The translations under genes and the position numbers were made by a program. Shown here piece after piece: positions 8,781 through 19,362 of a stretch of DNA of 20,000 bases. Position 1 is the stretch's first letter; the number at the start of each line of letters is the position of its first letter. The notes below the pieces were generated by a model. The model was not told where the DNA came from, did not search any database, and saw only the letters and a program-made list of their open reading frames with translations. Source of the stretch: Chiloscyllium plagiosum (lineage: Eukaryota); contig NC_057728.1 in the NCBI RefSeq assembly GCF_004010195.1, positions 48,372,091 through 48,392,090 on the forward strand. The letters run 5' to 3'.

Positions 8781-10460
8781 ATGTCAAAAAGAGTACATGC
8801 ATGGCTAACAATAATATAAAGAAAAGGAAGCATCTGTCATTATCAATAACGCAAAAAGTGGAGTTATTACAGAAGCATGATCGTAGTGTAGCTGTGCAGC
8901 ATCTTACTGAAGAAAATGGTGTCGAAACTACCACTGTCTATGATTTGAAGAAACAGAAAAACAAGTTACTGAAGTTTCATAGTGATAGTGATAACTATCA
9001 ACTAATGAAAAATAGGAAAACACTCAGGGCAAAAAATGAAGACCTTAACTATGTGTTGATGGAGTGGATTAGACAACAAAGAAATGAACGTATGCCACTG
9101 ACTGGTTTGATGGTCATGAAACAAACTCGAAAATATCAGAGAACTGAACATTAAAGGTGAATATCAATATTCAGAAGACTGTCTGCAGAAATTTAAGAAG
9201 CGTAATGGTGTGAAATACCTGAAAACCTGTGGCGAAAAGGCATCTGCTGACCATGAAGCAGCTGAAAATTATGTTGGTGAATTTGCCAAGCTAGTATCTG
9301 ACAAAAGCCTTAGTCCTGAACAAATTTACAATGCTGATGAAACAGCTCTTTACTGGCCCTATGTCCCGAGAAATACATTAGCAAAAGCTAATGAGAGAGC
9401 ACCAACGGGTTTTAAGCAAACTAAAGACAGATTAACTATTCTCGGGTGTGTCATTGCCAATTTCACCTTGTGTGTGCCTGCAGTAATGATTGGGAAAAGC
9501 AAACATCCGAGATGTCTTAAAGGTGTACACAATCTGCCTATGCATTATTATGAAAACAAGAAAGCATGGGTAACCTGAAAAATTTTTTCTGACTGGTTCA
9601 GTAAACACTTCGTACTAGCAGCACGAGCTCATTGCAGACAAGCTGGACTGGAAGAAAAAAAAGTGTAAAATTTTATTGTTCTTTGACAACTGCTCCGCAC
9701 ATCCCCCTGCCGAACAGCTTGTAAAAAGTAATGTTTTTGGCATTTACTTGGCCCCTAATGTGACATCGGTATTACAGCCTTGTGACCAAGGAATTATGTT
9801 CCATGAAGAGCAAGTATAAAGACTATTTTTGAAACAGTATGCTTGCTGCAGTCAACAGAGGGGTAGGAATTAAAGACTTCCTGAAAGAGTCTAGTCTTAA
9901 GGATGCCATTTACGCAGTTGCTAATGCTTGGAATGATGTTGATAAAACAACATTAACAAACTCTGACCTACAATGATGTTTCTTGGAAATATACCTGCAG
10001 ATGAAGAGTTTGAAGGATTTCTTTTCACTGAAGAAAAAAAATGATAGCAAGCCTTGTTACTTACGCACAAAATTTATCGGACGAAAGTATAAATAAATTA
10101 CATGAAGCTGACATCGAAGAAATACTGAACATTGACAATGATGTGCCTATCGTGCATTTCTTAAGCAATGGGAACATTGCTGAAATGGTTTTAAATATGG
10201 GCTCCTGTACAGATAAATGTGAGGATAGTAGTGATGATGACGATAAGTTAGTGAACACAATTGAAAAAGTCCCCATTGACGATATGGTGAAAATGTGTGA
10301 TCAGTTAATTGCTGACCTTGAACAACGTTCATTTATCAGTGAGCAAGAGATTATGGCAATTTACTCAATTAAAGAGAAATTGCTTAGACAGAAACCTATG
10401 TTAATGAGACAGATGACACTTGAAGAAGCCTTTAAAACCGCCGCCTGCCAATCGTGCTGA
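8781..10460 (+). pseudogene. Disrupted Tigger transposase (CENP-B/Jerky-type HTH, DD32D domain, acidic tail)
   Basis: ORF pieces 8801-9154 (KRKHLSLSITQKVELL, HTH), 9210-9578 (YNADET, Asp at 9336), then FDNCSAH (Asp 9685) and QPCDQGI (Asp 9784) separated by 32 residues, and 10041-10460 (acidic C-terminus). In-frame TGA at 9576-9578. Frameshifts near 8790, 9140, the A-run at 9655-9662 and about 9797. Confidence 0.93.
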
Positions 10461-10500
10461 AGCTGTGTATGTTTAAGTTTTACCAAATGTTTTTATTGGA

Positions 10501-10700
10501 ATGTTTTTTATGGAAATAAAATGTTGTTGAATATTTACAGTCAATGTATTTCATGAATTTGTATATATTACTCTATAAATAAACTTTGTATGGTTCAGTT
10601 TTCCCGAATGTTTTTCTTCTAATTTGTTTATGGAAATAAAACATTGTTGAATATTTATGGTCAATGTATTTTATTTATCAGTACACTACAAATAAAGTGT
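10501..10700 (+). repeat. Two-copy direct repeat, 120-bp period, in the Tigger 3' non-coding region
   Basis: TTTATGGAAATAAAATGTTGTTGAATATTTACAGTCAATGTATTT (10507-10551) versus TTTATGGAAATAAAACATTGTTGAATATTTATGGTCAATGTATTT (10627-10671). Confidence 0.85.
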
Positions 10701-12699
10701 GGTAGTATTTCTAGTCTTTATTTATCCTGCTTAGTGTGAATATTCATACGTTTTTGCTGCAGTACAGTATTTATGTTTGATTATGGGTTGCTGCCCTGCA
10801 CCCTACAGGGGGCGCTACATTAGTTCCAGAAACCGCAAAATTCCGATTTCTGCAAAGCAGCTGGTCCCTGGCATTTCGGATAAAGGGATACATACCTGTA
10901 CCGGGAATACAAAATTAATTAAGAGCTACAGACAAGTCAGATTTTGGGCACAAAATTAAATTCCAAATTATTGACATATTTACTTAAGGTGATAACACTA
11001 AAGGTGAATTTTGTCCTAAAATGTAGCACTCAGATTTATCAGCTGAATAGAAGGAATAAAGTGATTTAACTTGGAGTTATAGACTATAGCAGTATATAAA
11101 GCAGTCCTTGTTACCCCAGGATGTCCTAAGGCAATTTGAGACATTGAACTATAATCACCAATGAAATGTAGGCGAACAGGAAAGTTAACTTTTCAAACAT
11201 CAATAATGTAAACGAACCACTGTGCTTTTGGCAGTGCTAGCTACTGGTCAGATTCCAGAAGAACTATCTTGCTGTCATCAAATCATTTCATATTAGTGAC
11301 AAAGAAGTTAATGAGTATCTTGCAACAAAGTGAAGTTAAAGGAGCAGAGATGAGTGTTTGAAGAGTTTATGTTGGAACAATGGTGAATTTAGGATGATTT
11401 GGAAGTCGTAAGAAATTGGGAAGAGTGAATATGAACTAATGGTGCCTGCTGTGGTCCAGCCAGTTGTACAATTTGTGGTCAAGACTATGTCTCATGTTTG
11501 CCTGGATGTGGCCCCCATCTCTATTTGTTTGAGGTCAAGGACAAAGTAGATTAAATGTCAAGCAAGTAGCCAGGTTGCAGAAACATTGTGGCAGATGGAG
11601 AATGAAAGACTAGGCAGTTGGGTGTTCATGCACTCCAGGTAGACTGTTGAGGGGGGAAAAAAAAGGAAAAGAATTATGGGGAAAATTCAATTGGTACAGG
11701 AAAAAATAACTGATTAAATAAAGATTCCAAAGTGTTAGAAGTGAGACTCTGGTTTGAGAAATCCAGTCAGAGAGAGGCAATATATGTCACAACAGCTCAA
11801 AGTCCAGATGGAATGACAGATGTGCAAAGCTGGACCTACCAGATAATACAGATCCAGCACTTGTGGACAGAATTTCATTATACTGGTATCTGAAGTAAAT
11901 GCAAGTAATCAGAGGAAAACAAAACTGCCAACTCTAAGTTGACAAAAAAAATCAGGCAAACAAGCTGTGAACTAGTATATACTGACTAGACTTATACATA
12001 GTTGTTGTTTGATGCTTTTAATCTGTCAGCTAATCAAGAAATTTCAACATAAATTAACCTTATGAACTTCGAGTCAATCTTGTATGTTAAGCATAAGGTT
12101 ATTTTGTACGAGGTATGGCCCATCATGACTTATTTAAAACTTTATACCAATAGGGTAATAAAGTCTGTTAATTACACATTCTCAAATTACATTGTGTACT
12201 CTTCAATGTTTATCCTTTACACTTAATTTTAAGGTGTACTAATGAAACAGAAAAATTGTTAAATGTTTTTGTTTCCTTAAGTGAATTTGACAGCAAGGCT
12301 CAATTTGCAAATGTTAATAGATGGAAAATGCACAACTGATTCTTAAACATTGTACTACATCTATTGTAAAGTTAATCTACTCCATTTATAAATCAGTACA
12401 ATAATTCTCAGCACCACTTCTGACATCATATTCCTGTATTCAAGAAAAGTAAACATTCAGAACAATGTTGCCAGCAAAAGAAAAAAAGATTCTTGAATTC
12501 AACAGAATTTTTTCCAAATAAGTCACTACAGAGCATGGTCAGGGTTAAAATGATTGAGCATGACTATTTCAAATGCTAGAATAATATTTCACAACACAGG
12601 AATGTGTTTCTTCCTTATAGAATAATCAGCATGTGTCACTTTTAAATTTCACATTAGACAACAAAATCTTCAATTACTAGTTTCACATCAGACGTGTGA

Positions 12700-13160
12700 C
12701 AGACTTCTCATCTCTTACCTGGAAGACTGCAGCCACAACAATCGTGAAAATCTTGATCAACTACTCTGTCATTCAGCATCAACCCTTTGCTCACTACTTG
12801 AGGAACACCCTGTGAAACCACTGCCTTAAATACTCTTCTCTGTCCCCTCTATGTTGTTGTTACAGTACATTCAATACATAGTAGGTACTGCATCAATTTT
12901 CTAAGAACATTTAACAGTATCCACAAGCTTCATGACTTCTAGAAAGGAGGAGAGCAGCACTGTCATATGAACAGGACCATTTCAAATTCCCATTTTGCCA
13001 TTCTGCTTTGGAAAAATATTATCATTCCTTCACTGGATCAATACCTTGAAATTACTTGCCTATTATCACTAATGCGCCACCACAAGGGGAACTGCAGCAG
13101 TAGATGGACAATGAAAGCTGCTAGTGCCACTCTCATTCTGGGCAGAAACAGAATGAAACA
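12700..13160 (+). mobile_element. Decayed 3' portion of an old CR1-clade LINE
   Basis: CTAGAAAGGAGGAGAGCAGCA...CCATTCTGCTTTGGAAAAATATTATCATTCCTTCACTG is loosely the reverse complement of 15110-15270 and 17500-17610. No ORF remains. Confidence 0.45.
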
Positions 13161-13338
13161 GCCTCTACAAATTCACAGTTGTACCTTTTAATACAGAGTT
13201 TATATCGAAATCTGTTTCATGTATGTTGGGTTTCCTAGGATAACATGCTATGTAAGTCATTTTTAACAAATGAAATGGCAAGGTGGCTCAGTGTTAGGCT
13301 GAGACACTTCACAGCCAAACATAATACAATTTTTTTTA

Positions 13339-13649
13339 TATTAGATTCCATACAGTGTGGAAACAGGCCCGTCGGCCCAACTAGTCCACACCGACCCTCC
13401 AAAGAGTAACCCACCCATACCCATTTCCCTCTGACTAATGCACCTAACACTATGGGCAATTGAGCATGGCCAATTCATCTAACCTGCACATCTCTGGATT
13501 GTGGGAGGAAACCGGAGTACCCGGAGGAAACCCATGCAGACACGGGGAGAATGCAAACTCCACACAGACAGTTGCCCGAGGCTGGAATCGAACCTAGGAC
13601 CCTGGTTCTGTGAGGCAACACTGCTAACCACTGAGACACAGTGCCGCCC
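13339..13649 (-). mobile_element. tRNA-derived SINE, HE1-like (V-SINE), full length
   Basis: The minus strand begins GGGCGGCACTGTGTCTCAGTGGTTAGC (A-box region), has B box GGTTCGATTCC at 13594-13584, a central TGTGTGGAGTTTGCATTCTCCCCGTGTCTGC block and a CR1-like tail GGGCCTGTTTCCACACTGT. A near-identical copy is at 15987-16275. Confidence 0.93.
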
Positions 13650-14033
13650 AATTCCCTCACAATTCGCCCACATATTGGGCTGAATAACTGCTTGTGTTTT
13701 CCTATTCCTAGCCCTATCATTGACATCCATCCTAGTTTTTCTTTTAATCTCATCTGTGATTAGCCGATGCAGCCCATATTGGCGAATGAATAAAGGGTGT
13801 GCTTGCATTACTCAACTGCACAATGGATGTCCATTTACCAATCCAGCCACTGGGAACATGTGACACTATCATATATTTCTCAAGAGTTTTCAACAAAGAA
13901 TGGGCTCAAAATAATTAATCGACACACAAATATTGTGATTTTAGCAGTTTCAGTAGCCCAAGTTTTTGACACAGAATATATGACATTATCTACATCATTT
14001 AAAGTTACTTTTTCCAGTATTTAATATGCTCAC

Positions 14034-14083
14034 CTTGTCCCTAATGTGTATGTTTGTTAGATACTCTGAGGGAACATGAAAAT
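14034..14083 (-). CDS. CNOT2: CNOT2 coding exon (D-FHVPSEYLTNIHIRDK)
   Basis: 50 nt, acceptor ccacag ending at 14084 and donor GTGAGC at 14033, phase 1 to 0. Confidence 0.96.
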
Positions 14084-14196
14084 CTGTGGAAGAAGATGAG
14101 TGTTGATCAGTTATTTTAAGTTGTATAAATTTTTAAAGGAATGAACAGAATAAAGATCCACTATATTGACAGTAAGGATAAAATTGCCATTCTCAC

Positions 14197-14258
14197 CAAT
14201 ATCTTGAGGTCGGCAGGGTGCTGATGCCCAAGGAGATGCAAATTTGGGGTAGAGATTT
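14197..14258 (-). CDS. CNOT2: CNOT2 coding exon (E-NLYPKFASPWASAPCRPQDI)
   Basis: 62 nt, acceptor ttacag ending at 14259 and donor GTGAGA at 14196, phase 2 to 1. Contains the conserved LYPKFASPW motif. Confidence 0.96.
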
Positions 14259-15109
14259 CTGTAAAATACTGATAATTAATCATACAGATTCTTGATCTAA
14301 CAAAACAGTCGATTGCTGAATTACTGAACATGACCTGATAAGCCCTTATTGAGAAGTTACTCGAGTTGTACAGTCAAACATTTTTGAACAAAAAGGAGCA
14401 CTACTCTCACATCTGCTAAACTGGAAAGAAAGAACCCAATGCTGAAGCAATTCCCTACAGTATCCACAGACAGATCTGTATTAATATTTTACATGATTTC
14501 CCACAGCAGCACATTCACATGTGACACAAGAAAGCGTCCAAACCAGAACCAGGTCAATGCTTTTAGCATAGAAAACCATTTGTCATAAAATTACAGAACA
14601 CATTACAATGAAAAATAACAAATTATGGTTAAACAAGATGAAATCCTTTGGACCATCAATCTTGCAAAACAGCAAAAATAAATAAACTACATAAACCTCC
14701 AATCAAAAAGAACTCAAAGCTTCAAATGCAGTAAATAGCAAAATCTATATCTCAAACACCTAATCAACTATATTCCTAAAGTTTATGCAATTTTCCAAAA
14801 AATAAGGAGTATCCAAGATGATACGAGGTCATGGTTCAGTGCAATTGTTCAGAAGACATATCCAACAGCAAGTATGATATTTCAGCAATTTAAAAGCTGT
14901 ATATAAAGCTTTAAGATTTGAACCTGATAACATGTTTCAGGATGCTGGTGACTATCTCTATCAATTTAGTGATCTTGTTAGAATTTCTTTATCCATTGGA
15001 CACCTACATACAATGTAACTTGTGGCAGGTAAGAACTAAGGACATGGTTGGCAATTATCAGATCATGTGCTTTATTCTCTGGAAGTGAGCAAAGCTCACA
15101 TTTGCTGCA

Positions 15110-16790
15110 GATCCATAAAAACATTTGAGAAGGGGCAAATTTTAGTAAGTTTGTCAAATGACAGGAAAAATACAGCAATATGGTTTAAAGTCCAGAATGG
15201 TCTTTACTCTGGAGGAGAACTTGCAGATGCTAGTGTTTCATGTAAGCCCTTGGAGTTCTGGGTGGTTAATATCGCTGGTTTCTAAGGTTTGGCGAATTGC
15301 TGCACTGCATCTTATATATGTTCTCACTGCTGCCACTCTGAGCTGATTGTGAAGGGAATGTAATGGATGGGGCTGCCAATTAAGGCAGTTGCTATTCCAT
15401 CACCCTCCTCCTTATGCCTTGCAGACTGTGGACAGACTTGACAGTCAGAAGGTGAATTATTCACTATCAGCTTCAGACCTGCTACTGTAAAGACATGAAT
15501 TGTATTGCTAGCCCAGTTAAAGTCTGGTATCAACAATGTTGATGATGGAGATTCAGCAATGGTAATGCTTTTAACCACCTCCTCTTGACATTCAGATTCT
15601 CTCTTGTTAGAAATGGTCATTAACTGTATGGTCAGAATGTTTCTTGCCACTGGACACCCTGAGCCTAAATGTTATTCAGGTCTGACTGCACACAGGTTTG
15701 GGCTGCTTCAGTATCTGAGCAATTGCATATGCTACTGTACACTGCAAACATCTTCAATTCTTATTTTACAATGTAGAGAAAGTCCTTCAAAATGCTGACA
15801 GTTCTGTTAGTAGTGTTACTTAAGCCACTCCCAGTCTTGGTGATGAACATTGAAGTCTCCCAACAAGAATGCATTCCATGCCTTTGGTAACACCAGAGTG
15901 TTTCCAAGTGGTGTTCAACACTCGGGAAGCTGATTAGGAGCAAATGGTAACTCATGTTTGACCGAATGCATAGATGCTTTTTTTTAAGATCAGATTCCCC
16001 TTCAGTGTGGAAACAGGCCCTTCGGCCCAACAAGTCCACACCAAACCTCCGAGTAACACACCCAGACCCATTTCTCTCTTACTAATGCACCTAACACTAT
16101 GCGCAATTTAGTATGGCCAATTCGACTGACCTGCACATCTTTGGACTGTGGGAGGAAACCCACGCAGACACAGGGAGAATGTGCAAACTCCACACACAAT
16201 CGCCAGAGGCTGGAATCGAACGTGAGTCCCTGGCACTGTGAAGTAGCAGTGCTAACCACTGAGCCACTGTGCCACTTCATGTGATAAAGACATGTTGAGG
16301 ATCCCAAGGCCAATTGTATACATGTCACCATCTCTGCTTGATCTGTACTGTCGCTAGGGACAAGACTGACCCAGCTACCAGGGTAGAGAAGTCTGAAACA
16401 TGCGCTATGCTTCATGAGTATGGCTACGCCAGGATGCCCTGACTAAAATTCTCCCAAGTTTGTACAAAGTTCACAGACATTAGTCGGGAGGACTCTGCAA
16501 AGTCAACTGGGCGAGATGCGTCTTTGTAACTTCTGGCACCTATGTGAATGCTGGGTGGTCAGTTCAATTCTAATATTTTATTTTTCTGTAGCAATTTGAT
16601 ACAACTAAGTGGCCTAAGTCATTTTCAAGGGAAGATGGAAGATACTGTAGATCTACAGATCCATACAGACCAGGGAAGGAAGGCAGATTCCCTTCCATAA
16701 AAAGGCATTAGTGAATCAGGTAGTTTTGCTTAATATCCTATAGCTTCATGGTCACTATTACTGACACTAGCTCTTTATTCCAGATAGTTT
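15110..16790 (-). mobile_element. Old, internally deleted CR1-clade LINE (5' region, endonuclease remnant, RT/3' remnant) interrupted by a SINE
   Basis: The minus strand has VEHHLE (about 15920-15903) followed by a GDFNVHHQ-like stretch (GGAGACTTCAATGTTCATCACCAAG, about 15860-15836), the APE endonuclease GDFN motif. The 3' portion 15110-15340 matches 17500-17610 plus 19227-19360. Boundaries are approximate. Confidence 0.6.
15987..16275 (-). mobile_element. tRNA-derived SINE, HE1-like, second copy
   Basis: Head GTGGCACAGTGGCTCAGTGGTTAGC and B box CGTTCGATTCC. Collinear with 13339-13649 apart from small indels, including a 19-nt loss between GGAGGAAACC direct repeats. Confidence 0.93.
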
Positions 16791-17018
16791 TGGATTCTTC
16801 TATTCTCCAACATTTTTTATTAGCATCAATTTATTGGTTTACATTCAATGTAAATTATTATATAAAACATTCAACTGAAAAACTGCAAACTCACCTGGCA
16901 GTTTGTTTTTAATTAAACATGTAAACAAATGATTTATGGAAAAATTACATACTGTCCTTTTTCCAAAGTATGCAATGATCTTAGCATAAGAATGGCAGAA
17001 GGTGGTAATGCTGCTTAC

Positions 17019-17175
17019 TCTGGAGAGTTTAGGTTGAGGCCTAGTGTTGTTAAATCACTGCCTAATGCGAGATGTACCATGCCGGGATCAGTCTCTGCCG
17101 CTCGAATGAACGTTAAAAGTCCGATCATTCCAAACTGATCTGTTACCATTCCCGTAGGAATATTAGTGACTCGGC
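17019..17175 (-). CDS. CNOT2: CNOT2 coding exon (G-RVTNIPTGMVTDQFGMIGLLTFIRAAETDPGMVHLALGSDLTTLGLNLNSP)
   Basis: 157 nt, acceptor atttag ending at 17176 and donor GTAAGC at 17018, phase 1 to 2. DQFGMIGLL and LALGSDLTTLGLNL are hallmarks of the NOT1-anchoring region of NOT2. Confidence 0.98.
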
Positions 17176-17291
17176 CTAAATAATAAGAAAAACAACGTTA
17201 AGAAATGATCTTCCAATTGTATAGACTTCCAGAATTTGGAAATATTGTTGAATAAGAAGTTATAATTTTGATGCCGTATAGAAGCACCCAC

Positions 17292-17412
17292 CATCAGATA
17301 ATACTTGGATCCCTTTTTTCTGCAGATTGTTGTTTTGCGTCGTTGAACTCTTATCGCCAGGAAATTTGGGCCCGTCTGTACTAGATACATTTTTTCCTGG
17401 TGTATTCAGATT
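17292..17412 (-). CDS. CNOT2: CNOT2 coding exon (NLNTPGKNVSSTDGPKFPGDKSSTTQNNNLQKKGIQVLSD)
   Basis: 121 nt, acceptor ttacag ending at 17413 and donor GTGGGT at 17291, phase 0 to 1. Upstream exons lie beyond the right edge of the window. Confidence 0.95.
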
Positions 17413-17610
17413 CTGTAATTGAAATTTTTGAAAAAAAGGTTAATAAACAGCACAAAGGAAAATCTGCGATTTTGGAATATTCACATATAAGTTATAGTAT
17501 TCCATAAGTGCTGTTAGATAAGAAGCTCTCGGATTCTAATCCAGTGACTGTGAAGTAACAGCATCAGATGCCAAAATTGGGATATTGCGAGGCTTGACAA
17601 GACTGTGTTC

Positions 17611-19226
17611 AAGAACAAAAAACAAAGAAATTACAGCACAGCCACAGGCTCTTCAGCCCTCCAAGTCTGCGCCAATCCAGATCCACTATCTAAACCTGTC
17701 ACGTATTTGTGAAAGATCTGTATCCCTCTGCTCTCTGCCTATGCATGTATCTGTCTAGATACATCTTAAATGACGCTATCGTGCCCGCCCCTACCACCTC
17801 CACTGGCAACATGTTCCAGGCATTCACCACCATCTACGTAAAGAGCTTTCCATGTACATCTCCATTAAACTTTTTCCCTCTCACCTTGAACTCGCGACCT
17901 CTAGTAACTGAGTCCCCCACTCTGGGGAAAAAGCTTCTTGCTATCCATCCTGTCTGCACCTCTCATGATTTTATAGACCTCAATCAGGTCCCCCCAAACC
18001 TCAGTCTTTCTAATGAAAATAATTCTAATCCACTCAACCTCTCTTCACAGCTAGCACCTTCCATACCAGACAACATCCTGGTAAAGGTCCTCTGCACCCT
18101 CTCCAAAGCATCCACATCCTTTTAGTAATGTCGCGACCAGATCTGTATGCAGTATTCCAAACGTGGCCAAACCAATGCCCTATACAACTGTAACATGACC
18201 TGCCAACTGTTGTACTCAATACCCCGTCCGATAAAGAAAAGCATGCCGTATGCCTTCTTGACCACTCTACCAACTGTGCAGCCAACCTCAGGGTATATTG
18301 GACCTGAACACCCTGATCTCTCTGTATATTAATTTTCCCCAGGGCTTTTCTATTTAGCATATAGTTCACTCTTGAATTGGATCTTCTAAAATGCATCACC
18401 TCGCACTTGTCCGAATTGAACTCCACCTCCCATTTCTCTGCCCAACTCTCCAATCTACCTATATTTTGCAGCATTCTCTGAAAATCCCCTTCACTATCTG
18501 CTACTCCATCAATCTTAGTGTCATCTGCATACTTGCTAATCAGACCACCTATACCTTCCTTCAGATCATTTAGGCAGATCACAAAAACATTGGTCCCAAC
18601 ATGGATCCCTGTGGAACACCACTGGCCACAGTTGTCCATTTTGAGCAACTCCCTTCCACTACTACTCTGTCTCTCCTGCTGCCCAACCAATTCTTTATCC
18701 ATATAGCTAGTACACCCTGGACCCATGCGACTTCACTTTCTCCATCAACCTACCTTATCGAACAGCTTACTGAAGTCCATGTAGATGACATCTATAGTCC
18801 TTCCCTCATCAATCAACTTTGTCACTTCCTCAAAAGAATTCTATTAAGTTGGTAAGACATGACGTTTCCTGCACAAAACCATGTTCCCTATCACTGATAA
18901 GCCCATTTTCTTCCAAATGTAAATAGATCCTATTCCTCAGTATCTTCTCTAGCAGCTTCCCTACCACTGACATCAGGCTCACCAGTCTGTAATTACCTGG
19001 ATTATCCCTGCTACCCTTCTTAACAAGGGGACAACATTAGTAATTCTATAGTCTTCCGGGACCTCACCCGTGTTCAAGGATGCTGCAAAGATATCTGTTA
19101 AGGCCCCTGCTATTTCCCCTCTCGCTTCCCTCAGTAACCTGAGATAGATCCCATCTGGACGTGGGACTTGTCCACCTTAATCCAACCAACACTTCCTCCT
19201 TCCTTATGCCAACTTGACCTAGAGTA
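17611..19226 (-). mobile_element. 5'-truncated CR1-clade LINE with RT domain and 3' tail, frameshifted
   Basis: The minus strand encodes VASGVPQGSMLGP (about 18628-18590) and KYADDTKI (YADD at 18531-18520) in different frames, then LESWAEKWEVEFNSDKCEVMHF. It ends in a short-repeat tail TTTCTTTGTTTTTTGTTCTT at about 17630-17611. Confidence 0.93.
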
Positions 19227-19362
19227 ATGCATAATACCTTTGTCCTTTAACATGGTAGAAAACACAAGTTTTAGAGGTGTATTGACGAAATTTGAGGAGT
19301 TGCTGCAGTATGTCTTGCATACTGCAGACACTAAAGCTACAACGTGCCAGGGCATAAGGATG

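Larger units (their letters stand above)
8556..10898 (+). mobile_element. Full-length Tigger/pogo DNA transposon (Tigger4/Zombi-like), 2,343 bp
   Basis: 23-bp TIRs CAGGTACGTATCCCTTTATCTGA (8556-8578) and the reverse complement of 10876-10898 (CAGGTATGTATCCCTTTATCCGA), with two mismatches, both CpG-type transitions. TA lies on both flanks (8554-8555, 10899-10900). Transposase remnants are internal. Confidence 0.97.

Noticed and set aside
9334..9343. CTGATGAAAC hammerhead-like string
   Set aside because: It is simply the codons for the transposase ADET motif, with no room for stem II.
8801..10460. Possible domesticated TIGD/JRK-like gene
   Set aside because: It has multiple frameshifts and a stop, and it still has both TIRs and the TA duplication, so it is a dead transposon copy.
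11080..11520. Faint DeuSINE-like and L2-like remnants
   Set aside because: Too degenerate to delimit or assign by eye.
13235..13808. Overlapping ORFs and tRNA-like A/B boxes; also a SINE-head-like piece at about 13276-13316 (+)
   Set aside because: The ORFs are SINE-derived and the boxes belong to the SINE head with no cloverleaf, so this is not a tRNA gene. The + strand piece is too short to call.
17709..18855. Several + strand ORFs and a 230-aa minus-strand ORF
   Set aside because: The + ORFs are antisense to the CR1 RT. The minus ORF is only partly in the true RT frame because of frameshifts.
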